Of a stretch of DNA of 64,000 nucleotides, positions 38,310 to 50,861 are shown piece after piece (the stretch's first letter is position 1; each line of letters starts with the position of its first letter). A model generated the notes under the pieces. It saw only the letters and a program-made list of their open reading frames with translations. It made no database searches and was not told the origin of the DNA. This stretch comes from Phoronis australis (taxonomy: Eukaryota > Animalia > Phoronida). The position numbers and the translations under genes were made by a program. The DNA is taken from contig NMRA01000065.1 in the NCBI GenBank assembly GCA_002633005.1, forward strand, positions 859,066 through 923,065. The letters run 5' to 3'.

Positions 38310-39075
38310 GTAAGAAGTGGATTGATTTACAACTTTCGAAAATGTTCATTAAGTTTCTCAATGATTGTCATCCAACCCTGTTAATACCGCACATCCTGGT
38401 TTTGTAACTGGAACACATTTGAAACTACCATGTGGTTGCGTGGTTATGGAGATAATATGTCAAAGCTGTTTTGAAGACGAGCCAGGTTTAGGTGACCTCT
38501 CGCAATGATGTTCTGTTAAACTGACCCATGCTGTAAATTTCCATGGGGTATTGTAAAATGGATTTAAAAGAATTTGTTGAAAATTACTCTGTCAAAATAA
38601 TATCAATTCTTTAAATTTTTATTCTTAAATGTACATAACTGGTGTTTTCTTTAAAATTTTGAGCTTCTCGAATAAGTTGGTACGTTTGAGGAATTTTAAT
38701 TTGAATAGGAGTTTAAATTTTTTCTCACCAGAAACATTTTACACATTGCATAATATTTTCTAAGCTGTTGTTAGTCAAAGGATTTTTTTGAGACCTTTGA
38801 ACTGGACTATGTATGAAACTGCCTGTATTATGCACTCTTCTTTGACATACATGTAGTGTCCAATGGAATGCTATTACAACCCAGGTTCCATTTTGATTTT
38901 TTTGCAATGGTGACTTGAAATGGTTTAGTGTCATGGTTTATCTCTTGTATATTATGAGACAAAGACCTGGAAATTGTAAATATATCATTACATGTGTTAT
39001 GGCCGCTTGTAAATTAGGTAACTACTTTACGTTTTGTATGTTGCAATAACTCCTGGTTGTTGTTTTGTGTTCTAG

Positions 39076-39129
39076 GATTGAAGACAAAAAGGAGAATTAG
39101 TGTTGTCCATAAGATCAGTAGTTGTAGTG
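39076..39129 (+). CDS. Exon (G)LKTKRRISVVHKISSCS, phase 1-1
   Basis: ttttgtgttctag|...g|gtaggc. Confidence 0.65.
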
Positions 39130-39201
39130 GTAGGCTATTTTGTGTGCAGCCACATCAATCAGTAGTTGTAGTGGTAGGCTATTTTGTGTGCAGCCACATC
39201 A
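39114..39201 (+). repeat. 44-bp tandem duplication covering an exon 3' end and its donor
   Basis: atcagtagttgtagtggtaggctattttgtgtgcagccacatca x2. Confidence 0.9.
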
Positions 39202-40603
39202 ATTCACGAGACACTTTCCACTGACAGGGGTTCTTAATATGCATTCTCTAGTTTTGAAGTTAAGCTGGACAGTGCTGAAGTTTTGATGCACGAAAGTATG
39301 GATATTGCAGCAAAATATCCATATGAATTGCATCAAAATTTCTAATTAACACCAATCTCGACCTTACTGGCATTCTGTCTGCTCATCTTCTGTAACTAAA
39401 AGACCTCAGTGACCATGGTTCTAATTAATTTGGTCTAAAGTTGCAGAATAGTACAATTTGATAATGCACCACAATTAATAATTTTTTGTTTCATTGCTAA
39501 ATGTTTGTGAAACAAAGTGCATCACAGTACGACTCAGTTCTGGTAAGGCACGAGTATGTCCAGTTTATTTCAAAAACTAGCAGTAAGCATTTAGTATGTG
39601 TTGACCGACAATGAAAAGTTTGTTGTTTCAATATTTTTGAATCTGCAATGTTGACACTCTACCTTGAAGTCTTCAATTCAGACTTCCTAGTAATTACTTG
39701 AAAGTGCTCTTCATCTTAAAATTATAATGATGAGGGTATACTGTTGAGGATGTGTATTCCAATGAGTGGTTTCAGTCCAAAGAGCTGCAATTTTGGCCTT
39801 GTTACTGTATGAACTATAACTTTAGATAAAAGAGTCACGTTATGGAAAAATTAAAAAGCCAAAAAAGAGACAGGTATATTCATGTGTAAGCGCAACATTT
39901 TAAGGGAAGTGACGCTTGTCATTTTTAATGTATTTGGTGTGACAAAGCTGCTTTTTAAGAGGTTTTACAGCAGGGAAAGATGGACAACTGACACATTTTG
40001 GATTCAATGACCTTCATTTTGTAAGACTAGATAATTAGTAGTTTTAGTTTCATACTGACTGTATGTTTCATTGTAGTTTTGTCTCGGACATATAGTCTAG
40101 GAGAAACATTGTAGACCTCAGTAAAATTCAGTTGGATGATATTTTTACACTGTAAGGCAAAATATTACCGATCTGAAGGGCAGAGTGTACAAACTAGAAG
40201 AACCTTACCTTACTGATGGAATCTGGTGAAGATGCGACGTTTGCAGTGTTTAACCAAGGCTGTTTTTTGCATCTTGTGGCAACATCAAGCTAAAAAAGAC
40301 GCATAATGACTTTAGGAGGGCCTCACCTTGGATGCTATTTTTCAGAAGTTTAATTAGAAATAAGATCAAAGAAATGAGATTCATCCAGATCATTTGATGC
40401 AAAATTTTCCGATAATGAGTTCCGTGCTTGTCTACTAATTTCCGGACTGTTACATTGGACCTCCAAGAATTTAAAAAAGACCCCAACGGAGGTTCCACAT
40501 GACCACAATGTTTGGAAATTAAGGTTGAACACTACTTTCGACCGTCTGACTGTGGCTAGATTTACTGTAATTTCTTATTTTTAAATTATGTGTTATTTTA
40601 CAG

Positions 40604-40609
40604 AATTTG
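40604..40609 (+). CDS. Candidate 6-nt micro-exon (EF), phase 1-1
   Basis: gttattttacag|aatttg|gtaata; short enough to be chance. Confidence 0.3.
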
Positions 40610-41956
40610 GTAATAGGCGTCTGTGTTTTAACTGATAATTTTATTCTAGAAAAATTGTTTATAATAAAGACATCGTTTCTTTCTTTTTCGGATTCATCAA
40701 ACTATCTTGTTTAAGATATCAGTCAGGATGAGCAGATTGACTAGATGTATCGGCTTTGTTGCATACGCACGGATTTTTAATTTTAGAGGGTTAGTCTATC
40801 CCATATGCTTCAATTGGATGTTCACTTAAAATATGGATAGTGAGTTGGGCCTACTGCAGCAAGTGAAGCACATTTTTCTCGCATATTATATGTCCTTTCC
40901 AACATACATAGAACTATACTGTCACAAGTCAGTCCCCTTCACCATAAAAATAATGAAATCTCGAAACTGATTTATTTATAATAGACAAACTATAAGTTGA
41001 TATTTTACTACGATGTGACAATGATATTTTAAAATTAATTTCTATTAAATTAACTTCCAGTTTTCATCATAGATGGGCAGCAGAAGGCTACTTGGGTTCA
41101 TTGGAATGATGATTGATCAGTGAATGTTTTGTTGCTTAGATCATGGCATCTGTGGATAAACTCATTTTCAAGATATAAATGAGAATATCAGTCACAGGTT
41201 TTCACCAAAATTTGAGAACATGATGGGGATCATGCATCACAGAACCGATATTGATTTTATACGCAAACTTTTGAAGATTCATCAGCATGACGTCATTTTA
41301 ATCTCTAGATCATTGTTTCACGAGTAAATGACTTCAAGTATACTCATTTCTGTTATAGCCAATTTTTGCATTGTGCTCCATGGTTACTCAGCTGTTAAAT
41401 TAATAGTGAATAAATGTCAAATGTGGTGCTTGGCCATAAATTTTTTGTAGTCAGTGTTTGAAATTGTGGGTTTGTTTGACATGGAATATTTTAGTTTATG
41501 CTCTAGGCGATATACCTTGGGACTGACCTTGAATGATCCTGGCTGACCAGTTATTTCTTACATCTTGTTTGCTTTACACAAGAGTCAGTGGGAGTGTCTT
41601 TACACTGAAGCACTTTAATTTTTCAATTAAAATGTTGAGCAGTTTAAGAAACTGACATTTTAGTAGGGAAAGCATGATGCATCAATTTTGTTTTCTTGTG
41701 TTGGTTTATTGCCAGCATTATTGATATTAATAATAATAATCACTATAATCTTGTCATCTTAGTGTTGTTGTTATTTTAAGTGACATTCTATGAAATAATC
41801 TTTGTCACTTTGTAACCAGGATAGAACATAAAAATATGAATTCATACTTAGCTCACATTAAAGTACTATACACCCTTATACATTATCATGTCAGCCTTGA
41901 GTTCTTCCTCGCGGTGGAATTGTTGTGATCTGTATTCTGTGTTTCATTATTTTTAG

Positions 41957-42001
41957 AACTCAGTCAAGAACTGGTTCATGAATTTGGACATCTGAAATCT
42001 G
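41957..42001 (+). CDS. Exon (E)LSQELVHEFGHLKS, phase 1-1
   Basis: cattatttttag|...g|gtgaga. Confidence 0.7.
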
Positions 42002-42918
42002 GTGAGACTCAAGTTTGTTCTCAGGTGTGGTAAAAAGTAAATCTTTCACAGACTGTTTGGGCTCTTTGATCTCAGTTGTCAAAGGGGTCCTCATGAGTTT
42101 GTATTAGGGGGCCAGTACAATTGGGCTTAGTTTTGATGTCTAAACATGCCAGTTGTATGTTTTCTTGAAATGGGGACCCATTTAGCCAGTAATTATTATT
42201 CCAGTCAGTGGTGCCATCTCTTGGTAGTTTGTTGGTGATCCAGTCTTTGCTGGAAATTTGAACATGCGTTAACGAATTTCTGAATGTCAGGTGAACTCTG
42301 ACCTATTATTTTTTATTCATTGACAATTTAAAATTGAGACTTCACTTAGTCTGCACTTGGTATAACTTTTGAGGTCTATTGTGGTCAGGTACAGGTGTTG
42401 GAATTTTAAGTATTATATCTCAATCTCATCTCATGAAAACGGTTCTCTCACATATAAGTCACATGTGTATCAGTAAAGCTCCTATCAACCGATTTTCCAT
42501 GATCACAAAAATAGTTTTGCATTATGAAATTATTCTTTGAATTATTCCTTGGTCAAATTTTAGGTGTGTTGCGAGCCTGAGAATGAACTGACTGTTTGTT
42601 ATTGCTTGAGAATAAACTCTACTGTTGTGTTGTCAAGGCGTTTCATGCGCCCATCATGGTCTCAAGGAGTAATGAACATTCAGGTCTTTGCAATGACAGA
42701 AACCACTCTCCTTCAGTAATGAACAATGTGATGAGACCAGCTTCCCTGCAATCTGAATCAAAGACTTGCCTCTGGGACAGACAGTATGTTGTAGCGGCTT
42801 TAGGTGTTTTGGTAGTTCATGCTCATATTTCCATTAGTCAAGGATCATTATCTTTCTAGTATTAGCATTTGTGTTGCAAATTTAAAGGTCTCTGTTCCTC
42901 ATTATCATATCGTCGCAG

Positions 42919-42978
42919 AACACAAGAGTCCAATGTCCGTGAAAAGTCAAGTGGCATCCAAGAGGTCGCGTTTTGTTG
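42919..42978 (+). CDS. Exon (E)HKSPMSVKSQVASKRSRFV, phase 1-1
   Basis: tcgtcgcag|...g|gtaagg. Confidence 0.65.
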
Positions 42979-45516
42979 GTAAGGGGTTCTTTTTACGCAA
43001 AGGCTGGTTTTGTTTTCTTAACTTCACCATCTTGATCACATTTGTTCCATTGACCTCTTGATGCTTGCAGATTTGCGGGAAACCTGCAATGGATTGTATG
43101 GAAAATTGACAAAACAGTTTTTCACTTGTCAGTCATATTTTGTGCTAGATAAGTGATGCTTTACTGTATAAGTATGCAAATGACAATAAAATCCCTGCAT
43201 CTTGTGCAGGTACTCATAACCATTGGCCAATCGCAATAACTGACACAGAATGTGTTCATTAGCGAGTCGGTCATTGGCTGTACATGATTTACGCCACTGG
43301 TTCAGCCAGCTCAACTGGTGAAGACATCTGATTGGTTCTCAATGACGCTTCCAGCTTACAAACCAGTCAGATATCCCAGTCACTTGACCTGACTGAACTG
43401 GCAAAATTATTCAAGGGCATCTATTGACTGTAAGGTTATGTAGGACTTTATAAAGATGGTCAAATTTGACAAACTTCGGAACATTACGTTTCAGAAACAG
43501 CTGATTGGATTCGTATGAAACTTTCGAATTCAATGCTTTGTGCATTATTCTCAAAAATGCCAGCGTGTAGTTCGAACGCTGCTAGTGAGAAACAGGTTTA
43601 TTTCAAAAAAATATTGCAAAAACTGTTTGTTCAATAAAAAGTGCATCACAAAATGTTTGGCACGTACAGTTTTTGAAATTACCCCTTCGCTTTTCCAAAA
43701 ATACTCCTGGACGTGTATTCGGTTTCATTTGACGTTTTTGATAGATAGCATTCTAAATATCTGCCTATGGTCCTTCCAAAAATTTCCAGTATGCCATTTT
43801 TGTATTGCTGTCAAGGGCCAAGATAGCAACTCTCAAAAATAATTTTGTTTCTTAATTAACTACATTTGACAAGTGTGTTCCTATGTGGCTGACAACAGAT
43901 GACTAGTTTCGGACCAATGCAAACACCGCTGTGCCTGCTAATTGCAATTTAATTTTTTACGTTTGCCTGTTTGCCTCTATATGTTCGTGATGGATAAAGT
44001 CATGAAATTCAGCAAATAGGTTTTTAATAAGGAGGCAATGATGCCATTTTATTTTGGCCACCTGTTGGCCACTTTTGTTATTTTTGTGTCTACTGGTATC
44101 CGCCTTCCTTTCTGCTGTACCACTCAAAGGATCATTATGAAAATTTACATGATTGTGTTCCTGTGACTTGTAGACAGGTCTGACTACTGTGTCACCCCCT
44201 AGTGGTGATTTTGCTCTTTACGTCTGCAGTCGAAACTCAAGTTTTGTGAAATTTGAAAGACATGTTCCCATAGAGTGGATGACAAACCGGTAACAAGTGT
44301 TGGACTCATTCAAATACCACTTTGTCCCCTAGTGGCAAAATGTTTTTTACATTGCCTCTGTAACTTTAGAGTTCATTAATGTAATATTTTCAAGAAAATA
44401 GTCAAATAGATTTCCATTTAGGATATTACACCTTCCCATTTTTGGCCAGATTTGACGATTTGTGCACCGCCCTCTAGCCGTTTAAATTTTGTTGCGTATA
44501 ATGTTTTTGACATCTGCCTCAGTCTCTATCTGCCAAACCATTCACAGGATCATCAGGAAAATTTCAGCATTGTGTTCTTGATGCAAAGACCCCAGCTGGT
44601 GTTGCTTTTTGGATGTATTTTACTATTCTGGCGTCCCTCAAGGGGAAATTTTGACTTTTATGAATCTACAGAGTATATCCGTAACCATTTGAAGGATCTT
44701 AGCGAAATATGGCGGATGGCTCCTAGAGATGGAAACAGGTGATGTCCTCTTCAGACCAGTCGAAGTATAGCTGTGCCCCCTACATGTATTGTCAATAGCT
44801 ATTTATGTTTACATGTAGAAGTTCTTTGGCTTATCTTCATGAAATTTGGTCAATAGTTGACAACTTCAGAGATTGCGCCCCCTTGTCAATTCAGATGGAT
44901 TTGATGCATTCTACGCCATCTAATGGCCAATAAAGCACACCATTTGCACTAATGGCCATGGAAACACACCATTTGCACTAATGGCCATGGAAACACACCA
45001 TTTGCAGTGCTGTCGTGGGCGCATCACTGTTGTCAGTTTGCGTGTCATAAAAACGACTTAATTTAATAAGTTGGTTTCCTTTTGTCTATGGTATTTAGTA
45101 CTGATTTTGAAAATTTGAAAAATGACATTTATATACTAGCAAATTATCATTAAAGGGAGTATTTTTATTGTCAGAATATGACAAACAAAACAGGATTACT
45201 TATGGACCAGGGTTTTGCTCATTGAATTGAGTTATAATACCCTAATTTCTTCCTTTAGGTCCACCTGTTTTCATCATTGTGTAAAGCAGAAAATATCTTC
45301 CCAAAAATGCTTCAATGTAGTGTCAACATTGTCACAAGAGTTAATTTTATTCTGACCTTAACATCTTATCACTTCGCTATCACCAATAATTGCAGTTGAA
45401 ACCACAAGTTCTACCAGGTTACAGCCTCAAGGACCATTTGATTTTTCTCGAAACGGTAAAGCCAATATTGCTGTTAGACGCCTTTGTTAGCAGCACTTGC
45501 AAAGCTTAGGAAGTAA

Positions 45517-45691
45517 GGGGCCCGTTCCAAGAAAACTGACTTGACCAAGACAAATCTTAAGTTCACCTAATTTTCATCTCAATTTTGATCACATGCAGTA
45601 CTGGATGGAGAAGTTTCAAAGTTTTTAAGTTCTGACGAATCTTAGATTTAAGTAAAAAATGAACTTATGGCCGTTTCTTGGAACGAGTCCA
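45517..45691. mobile_element. Harbinger-like MITE relic
   Basis: GGGCCCGTTCCAAGAAA ... TTTCTTGGAACGAGTCC inverted termini. Confidence 0.55.
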
Positions 45692-45936
45692 AGTATTAAT
45701 AATTGAAGACACTTTTTACTCACAGTTACCTGTTGATTGTGAGCTGCTGAGTTAATGTTTTACCTTCGCTCACTACGACAGGTTTTCCAGCAAATTTTTT
45801 AAAACTCGCATTTTTCCTGTCTTACAAACTGTCTTTCTAAAACTTTGCTTTCCAATGCACATGCTCCCTGATTTTTGTTGTTTTCATTTGTGTCTTGAGC
45901 TAGACAGACACTGTACATCACTATCACCATTTACAG

Positions 45937-45996
45937 ATAAGAGGACTGGTTCTACCGAGATCAAACTAATGCAACCTTCTGAAGTTTCACTGCATG
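45937..45996 (+). CDS. Exon (D)KRTGSTEIKLMQPSEVSLH, phase 1-1
   Basis: ccatttacag|...g|gtaaag. Confidence 0.7.
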
Positions 45997-47049
45997 GTAA
46001 AGTCTGCACTGATTTTTTCCTACTTAGAAGCGTTTGTTGAAAGTAAAATTTCTATAAAATTTTATAAAGTTTTACAGGAAAATGATATTTCAAGACATTC
46101 TCCATAGTCATGTGTTGAGTATACTATACAAAGGTTGATTTTAATGTTGTTGCCTTTCCTTGAGTGTACTAGAGTGATACTTTGCTACAAAAATAGTGCA
46201 TGTTCCTATAACATTGCAATTAGGCATTTCTTGTAAAATTGTTGCAAAAATTAATTTTGATCTGACAGCTGCTATGAAAACGTCTTCTGTTAAAAATCTG
46301 TTTGGCCCCGCACTAAAGCGGATCCCATCTTGTTTGTAAGTCAGATAAGAGGTGACTTCTGGGGTCTAGTTCATGAAAAGTCACTTATAATTTAAGACAG
46401 AAATTTGGTCTTGTGCTCCACATAATATTTTTGAATTAACTAAATCTCACTTTTGCAAATTTAGGCATAGTAAGAATATGCAAATAACAACTATTTAATG
46501 CAAAAATTTGCGCAAATCATTTCCAACCAATGATGTGCTAATAATCACATGATTATACCTTTGTTCAATTGATAATTGGGAAGTGGGATAGTCAGACCAG
46601 ATTAAAGTCACTTTCATAAAATGGATCCTTGGTCTTTTAGAACGGAAATGACAGTTTGTAATTGCTTGAAATCAAGACCAAGTTGCTTCTTGACCGTGGG
46701 CCATTTCAAGTGCCTTGGCTGCTCTTTAGCTATAACACCTTACTATTGCTGTCAAATCACTTTTGATTTGAGTAAGGAACAAGTAGGGGCCAGTTTTGTA
46801 CCAGTTAGTGGGAGGTTGTAACTAAAGTTTGTTTCCTTAACAACTGGCTTTAAACACCCGTGTGTCATCATCATAATTCAGAGACCACTTCCGCCAAAGT
46901 CCAGCAGATACAGCAAATGGGTTCGCCAACTAGTAAAACCTAATGGTTGTTGTAACTCAAAATGTTTAAATTTTGAAAAACGTTTTTAAAACTAGTTGTG
47001 GTTCGGTTGATGTCACTTGATTTTATTTATCTTACAATGATGTCAATCT

Positions 47050-47299
47050 CAGGGCTTGGAATTTTCCAGTGTTATAAGAGGATTTCCTCTGATTTGGTTT
47101 CAAGTACATCTTTTTGATTTCCAGTTTTCTTTTTTAATGTCTCTTTTTGTCATTATTTTGGCTTAATTCATGCAAAACGTTTAGTTCAGTAAAATTTTCA
47201 ACACAAAACGTATTTCTATCATGCAAGCCTATTAATTTGTGGAATGGTACATCACCTGAAAATTTTTCATCTTTTTGTCGTTGGTCATTCCAAGCCTTG
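47050..47299. mobile_element. MITE with CAGGGCTTGGAAT...ATTCCAAGCCTTG ends, copy 2
   Basis: 13-bp TIR; flanked by a caatct(c) direct repeat. Confidence 0.75.
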
Positions 47300-47494
47300 C
47301 AATCTCTCTGTCATGCCTATCCCTGTTCGTGCTTCTTCAAAGTTTTGTGTTGCGAGACTCTGACTTGAGGTTTTGCCTTGGCATTAAATTTCATTTCAAG
47401 ATGTTGTAGAAGTATGACAATCATTTTTATATTGATGTACAATTGTTGCCAATATTATTTATGTGTAATTTGGGCTGTCATCATCACATTTCAT

Positions 47495-47669
47495 GCATAT
47501 TGTGTTGCCGTGGCATTAGGCCTTAGGGGCATATGTGTTGCCGTGCCATTAGGCCTTAGGGGCATATGTGTTGCCGTGCCATTAGGCCTTAGGGGCATAT
47601 GTGTTGCCGTGCCATTAGGCCTTAGGGGCATATGTGTTGCCGTGCCATTAGGCCTTAGGGGCATATGTG
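47495..47669. repeat. 33-bp minisatellite, about 5 copies
   Basis: gcatatgtgttgccgtgccattaggccttaggg units. Confidence 0.95.
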
Positions 47670-50193
47670 CGGAACTATGCTTAATATGTGAAACTTAAGC
47701 ACGTGCGCCAATATGCAAACCAATGGGTAAAAAAGGCCTTGAAAAAAGGAATTATTTTGGGTATAAGCCTAAAGGCGCGACATTATGGTAACATTGGTTG
47801 TCACTATCATCGTCTATTGCTTGTCTCATTTTTCACATCAACCATTTGCAGCCTTGCACACATCTGCGAGAGGCCAGCTGTTACCTGCACATCCAGTGGA
47901 GCAATCAGATGGTAAATAACATTCATAATCATTTGAAAATCACACACAATGTCAGGAGCGTCCATTAACCACATGGCATGGCACGTCTCTGCACCATTTA
48001 CAGTCCGCACACCCATAAAAGCATTGCACAGAATTTTTTGCGTTGAAGGACACTTTTACATTTTTAGACGATAACTTTCATCGAGTTGATGCCATACCTG
48101 ATTATTTCTTGGATCTCTGATGTCATTAATGTGTGGATGGCCTTGTGCCAAGTGGTCATTGCACTTCATCATTAGTTTGGCATGGTCTCAAAAATCTCTT
48201 GCATGTTACACAATACCAACAAAGTAATTATCCAAAAGGCATGTTTCCCACACCTACTACTCATGAATATGTCAGCCCTTAGCAGAGGTTGAATCTCAGG
48301 TGGACTGGTTTCATCCACTATCAGACAATTTGGTGAGCCAATACTATATCTTCTAATCATATATCCATTGTTTTCATAGCATTTTCCAATACGATTCTGT
48401 CGCAGTGAATTCGTCATTGTCATCACCTGCCTTTTACTGTGTCTTTTTCTGTTGGCACATTGATTGTCATTTTTGCAGCGGCTACAGCATTGCTGTCAAA
48501 TGTTACAACTCTGTTGGTTATTCATTTTTTATTGATTTCAAAATTTGATGTAATCTGTATATAGGTAAAAATTTGTGATAAAGTTGGCATTCAAGCTACA
48601 AAAACATCACTTCGCTCTCCAAAAATGTTACTTTTCTAATAAATAGATAGCCATCCTCCTTTAAGTTTAGACATTGTATGCATAACAGGATGGATTGTGT
48701 AAGAGATGTGTGCTTAATTAAGACTTCAACAGTCCCCACAAAAATATTATGTGGATGATCTCCTGCACTATCCCTGAAAGATTTATGAGTTCAAGTTTCA
48801 GTGTTAATGTTTTGCAACTCAAATTTCAGGACTGTTGTTTTAGTGGGAAAGCAATGATAGTGAGGCGTTGAAAAGTACTCTTTTTGACATCTGCTTTTCA
48901 TTTTAGATGGAGCTGCTCAACTGGAATGAACTGATTTCAAATGTTGCTTTGCAGATCTACAGATTGGTGGCTACAAAATGTTCGTGACACGAATCAAAAG
49001 ATCCAAAATTAATTCAGTGCTGTTGTCCATAAGTACAAGATGTAAACCTGTGGTGTGACCTGAAAGTTTGCTGTTCCCTCAGGTTACTTGCTGATATCAT
49101 TGTATAAAATTCCCTTCGACCTCACTGCATAAACTTGTAAAAACACAACACTGCTATTAGTGAGTGGAAAATTTAGGCAGATAAGCTGAACACAGATGGC
49201 GGGGGCGTATGTTTTTAAACATTCCTAACGAAAGTCACCAGTGCTGAGCACTGCTTTCTATTTGGGCCCTCAACACACTCACACTGCATTCACCTTCTGT
49301 CAAGCACTCAAGTTCAGACCGAGTATTAGCAGGCAAAAAATGATGAGTTCACTGTGTGCTAGCAAGCATGGTATAGACCACTTAATGCAGGTTTCAGATA
49401 AGACGATCTCTGCTTACTAGTAGTCAACTTATCTTGCACGCATTTAAAATAGCCTAAAGTGAGAGCCCTTTGTTTTCATTCTTTGGGCTTTGCAATTACA
49501 TACGGAATGAATAGGGTTCATGCATTGTCTTAATTAGAAGCTTCAATGTGGCTAGCTGGACTTAGTTTGAAATTCAGTAGCCAACATCCGGCGCTTAATA
49601 AGAGCTGAAGGTGCAATTGAGGACTTTTCACCACTTTGGGAAACGGATATTTTATGTTCAGTTTTTTAGTACTAACCAATTAAAATTCTCTTGACACGTT
49701 GACAAAACCGGAAGTGGTCTGACCAGTTATATTTAACCTCTTTACCACCCTCTAGCAACAACGAATCAAGTTGCCCGACATCTTCAATCCTTAGTTTTTG
49801 ACCTAATGATTTGTAGTGACCCAATTGCCAGCCATTGAGCCCAATGAGTACCAGGTTAATGGCAAAGGGACAAGCGAAAATTAAAAAGTCTAATCTTTAT
49901 AAAGTGAATAAATTCTTTTACAGGGATTGATTTCTGTGCTGTTATAAAATTTTGCTGTGTTATTTCTTAAGATATAGTGTTCACGCGATCGCAATTTTGA
50001 CGTGTGCAGGTTAATGTTTGATGTGCAATTGAAGGTATGGCACTAGATTCTAGATTCTATACTTTCATTTTGCGGACTTCCATCACTAGAACTTCAGCTT
50101 GGAAACGGACAATGGTTTTTGTATAAGGTGGTGATGGCAAATATCTCTGTGGCAGATCTTGCTTACAGAATTAATAAATGATATGCGCGTTTG

Positions 50194-50312
50194 TTTACAC
50201 ATGACCACTGGGAACTATGGATCTTTACACATGACCACTGGGAACAATGGATCTTTACACATGACCACTGGGAACAATGGATCTTTACACATGACCACTG
50301 GGAACAATGGAT
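50194..50312. repeat. 30-bp minisatellite, 4 copies
   Basis: tttacacatgaccactgggaacaatggatc units. Confidence 0.95.
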
Positions 50313-50325
50313 GTTTCTAATTCAG

Positions 50326-50439
50326 ATAAGAAGCTTGAAGATGACTTATCTAAAAAATCCAAAAGAGCCATGTCAATATGCGACGCCACTGCTACTGACG
50401 ACCAAGCAAAACAGCCATCATCCCTTCTCAAGCACAGAG
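50326..50439 (+). CDS. Exon (D)KKLEDDLSKKSKRAMSICDATATDDQAKQPSSLLKHR, phase 1-1
   Basis: tttctaattcag|...g|gtatcg; same frame as ORF 50307. Confidence 0.75.
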
Positions 50440-50861
50440 GTATCGTTGGTTTGAAGCAATTCTTTCATTACGACAATTACACAGTGCCAGTCTGTTTAAT
50501 AATTGGAGATTTAATTGCATATCACCACTTTTAAAAGTAAACTTTGTGTTGTGACAATCAAAATTACTTACGGCTGCAAACACGAGCATAAATCGGGGCT
50601 ATACTCACGTGTGACCCTTAATGCTCCGAGAACTCTTTGCGATTGAAGACAGCATATTTTATCTAATAATTCAATATTCCATTTTAATGGCAGGCACTTT
50701 GATAGTCTTTGCCAGTAAGGTCTCTTGCTTACTCGTGAAATGTTTGTCTTTCAATTGTTTGACTCTGTATGGTGTTGCATTATTTTGATTTTCTCACAAG
50801 AAACTTGCTGTACATGTTGCCTGGCCCCAAATTTACAACCACTTTCTTTTCACTGGCTAAG

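Noticed and set aside
42596-42859. 87-aa ORF as an exon
   Set aside because: No acceptor/donor pair giving phase 1-1 was found.
47378-47698. ORF with GICVAVPLGLR repeats (likewise FTHDHWEQWI at 50191)
   Set aside because: Translations of minisatellites whose unit length is a multiple of 3; no fitting splice sites found.
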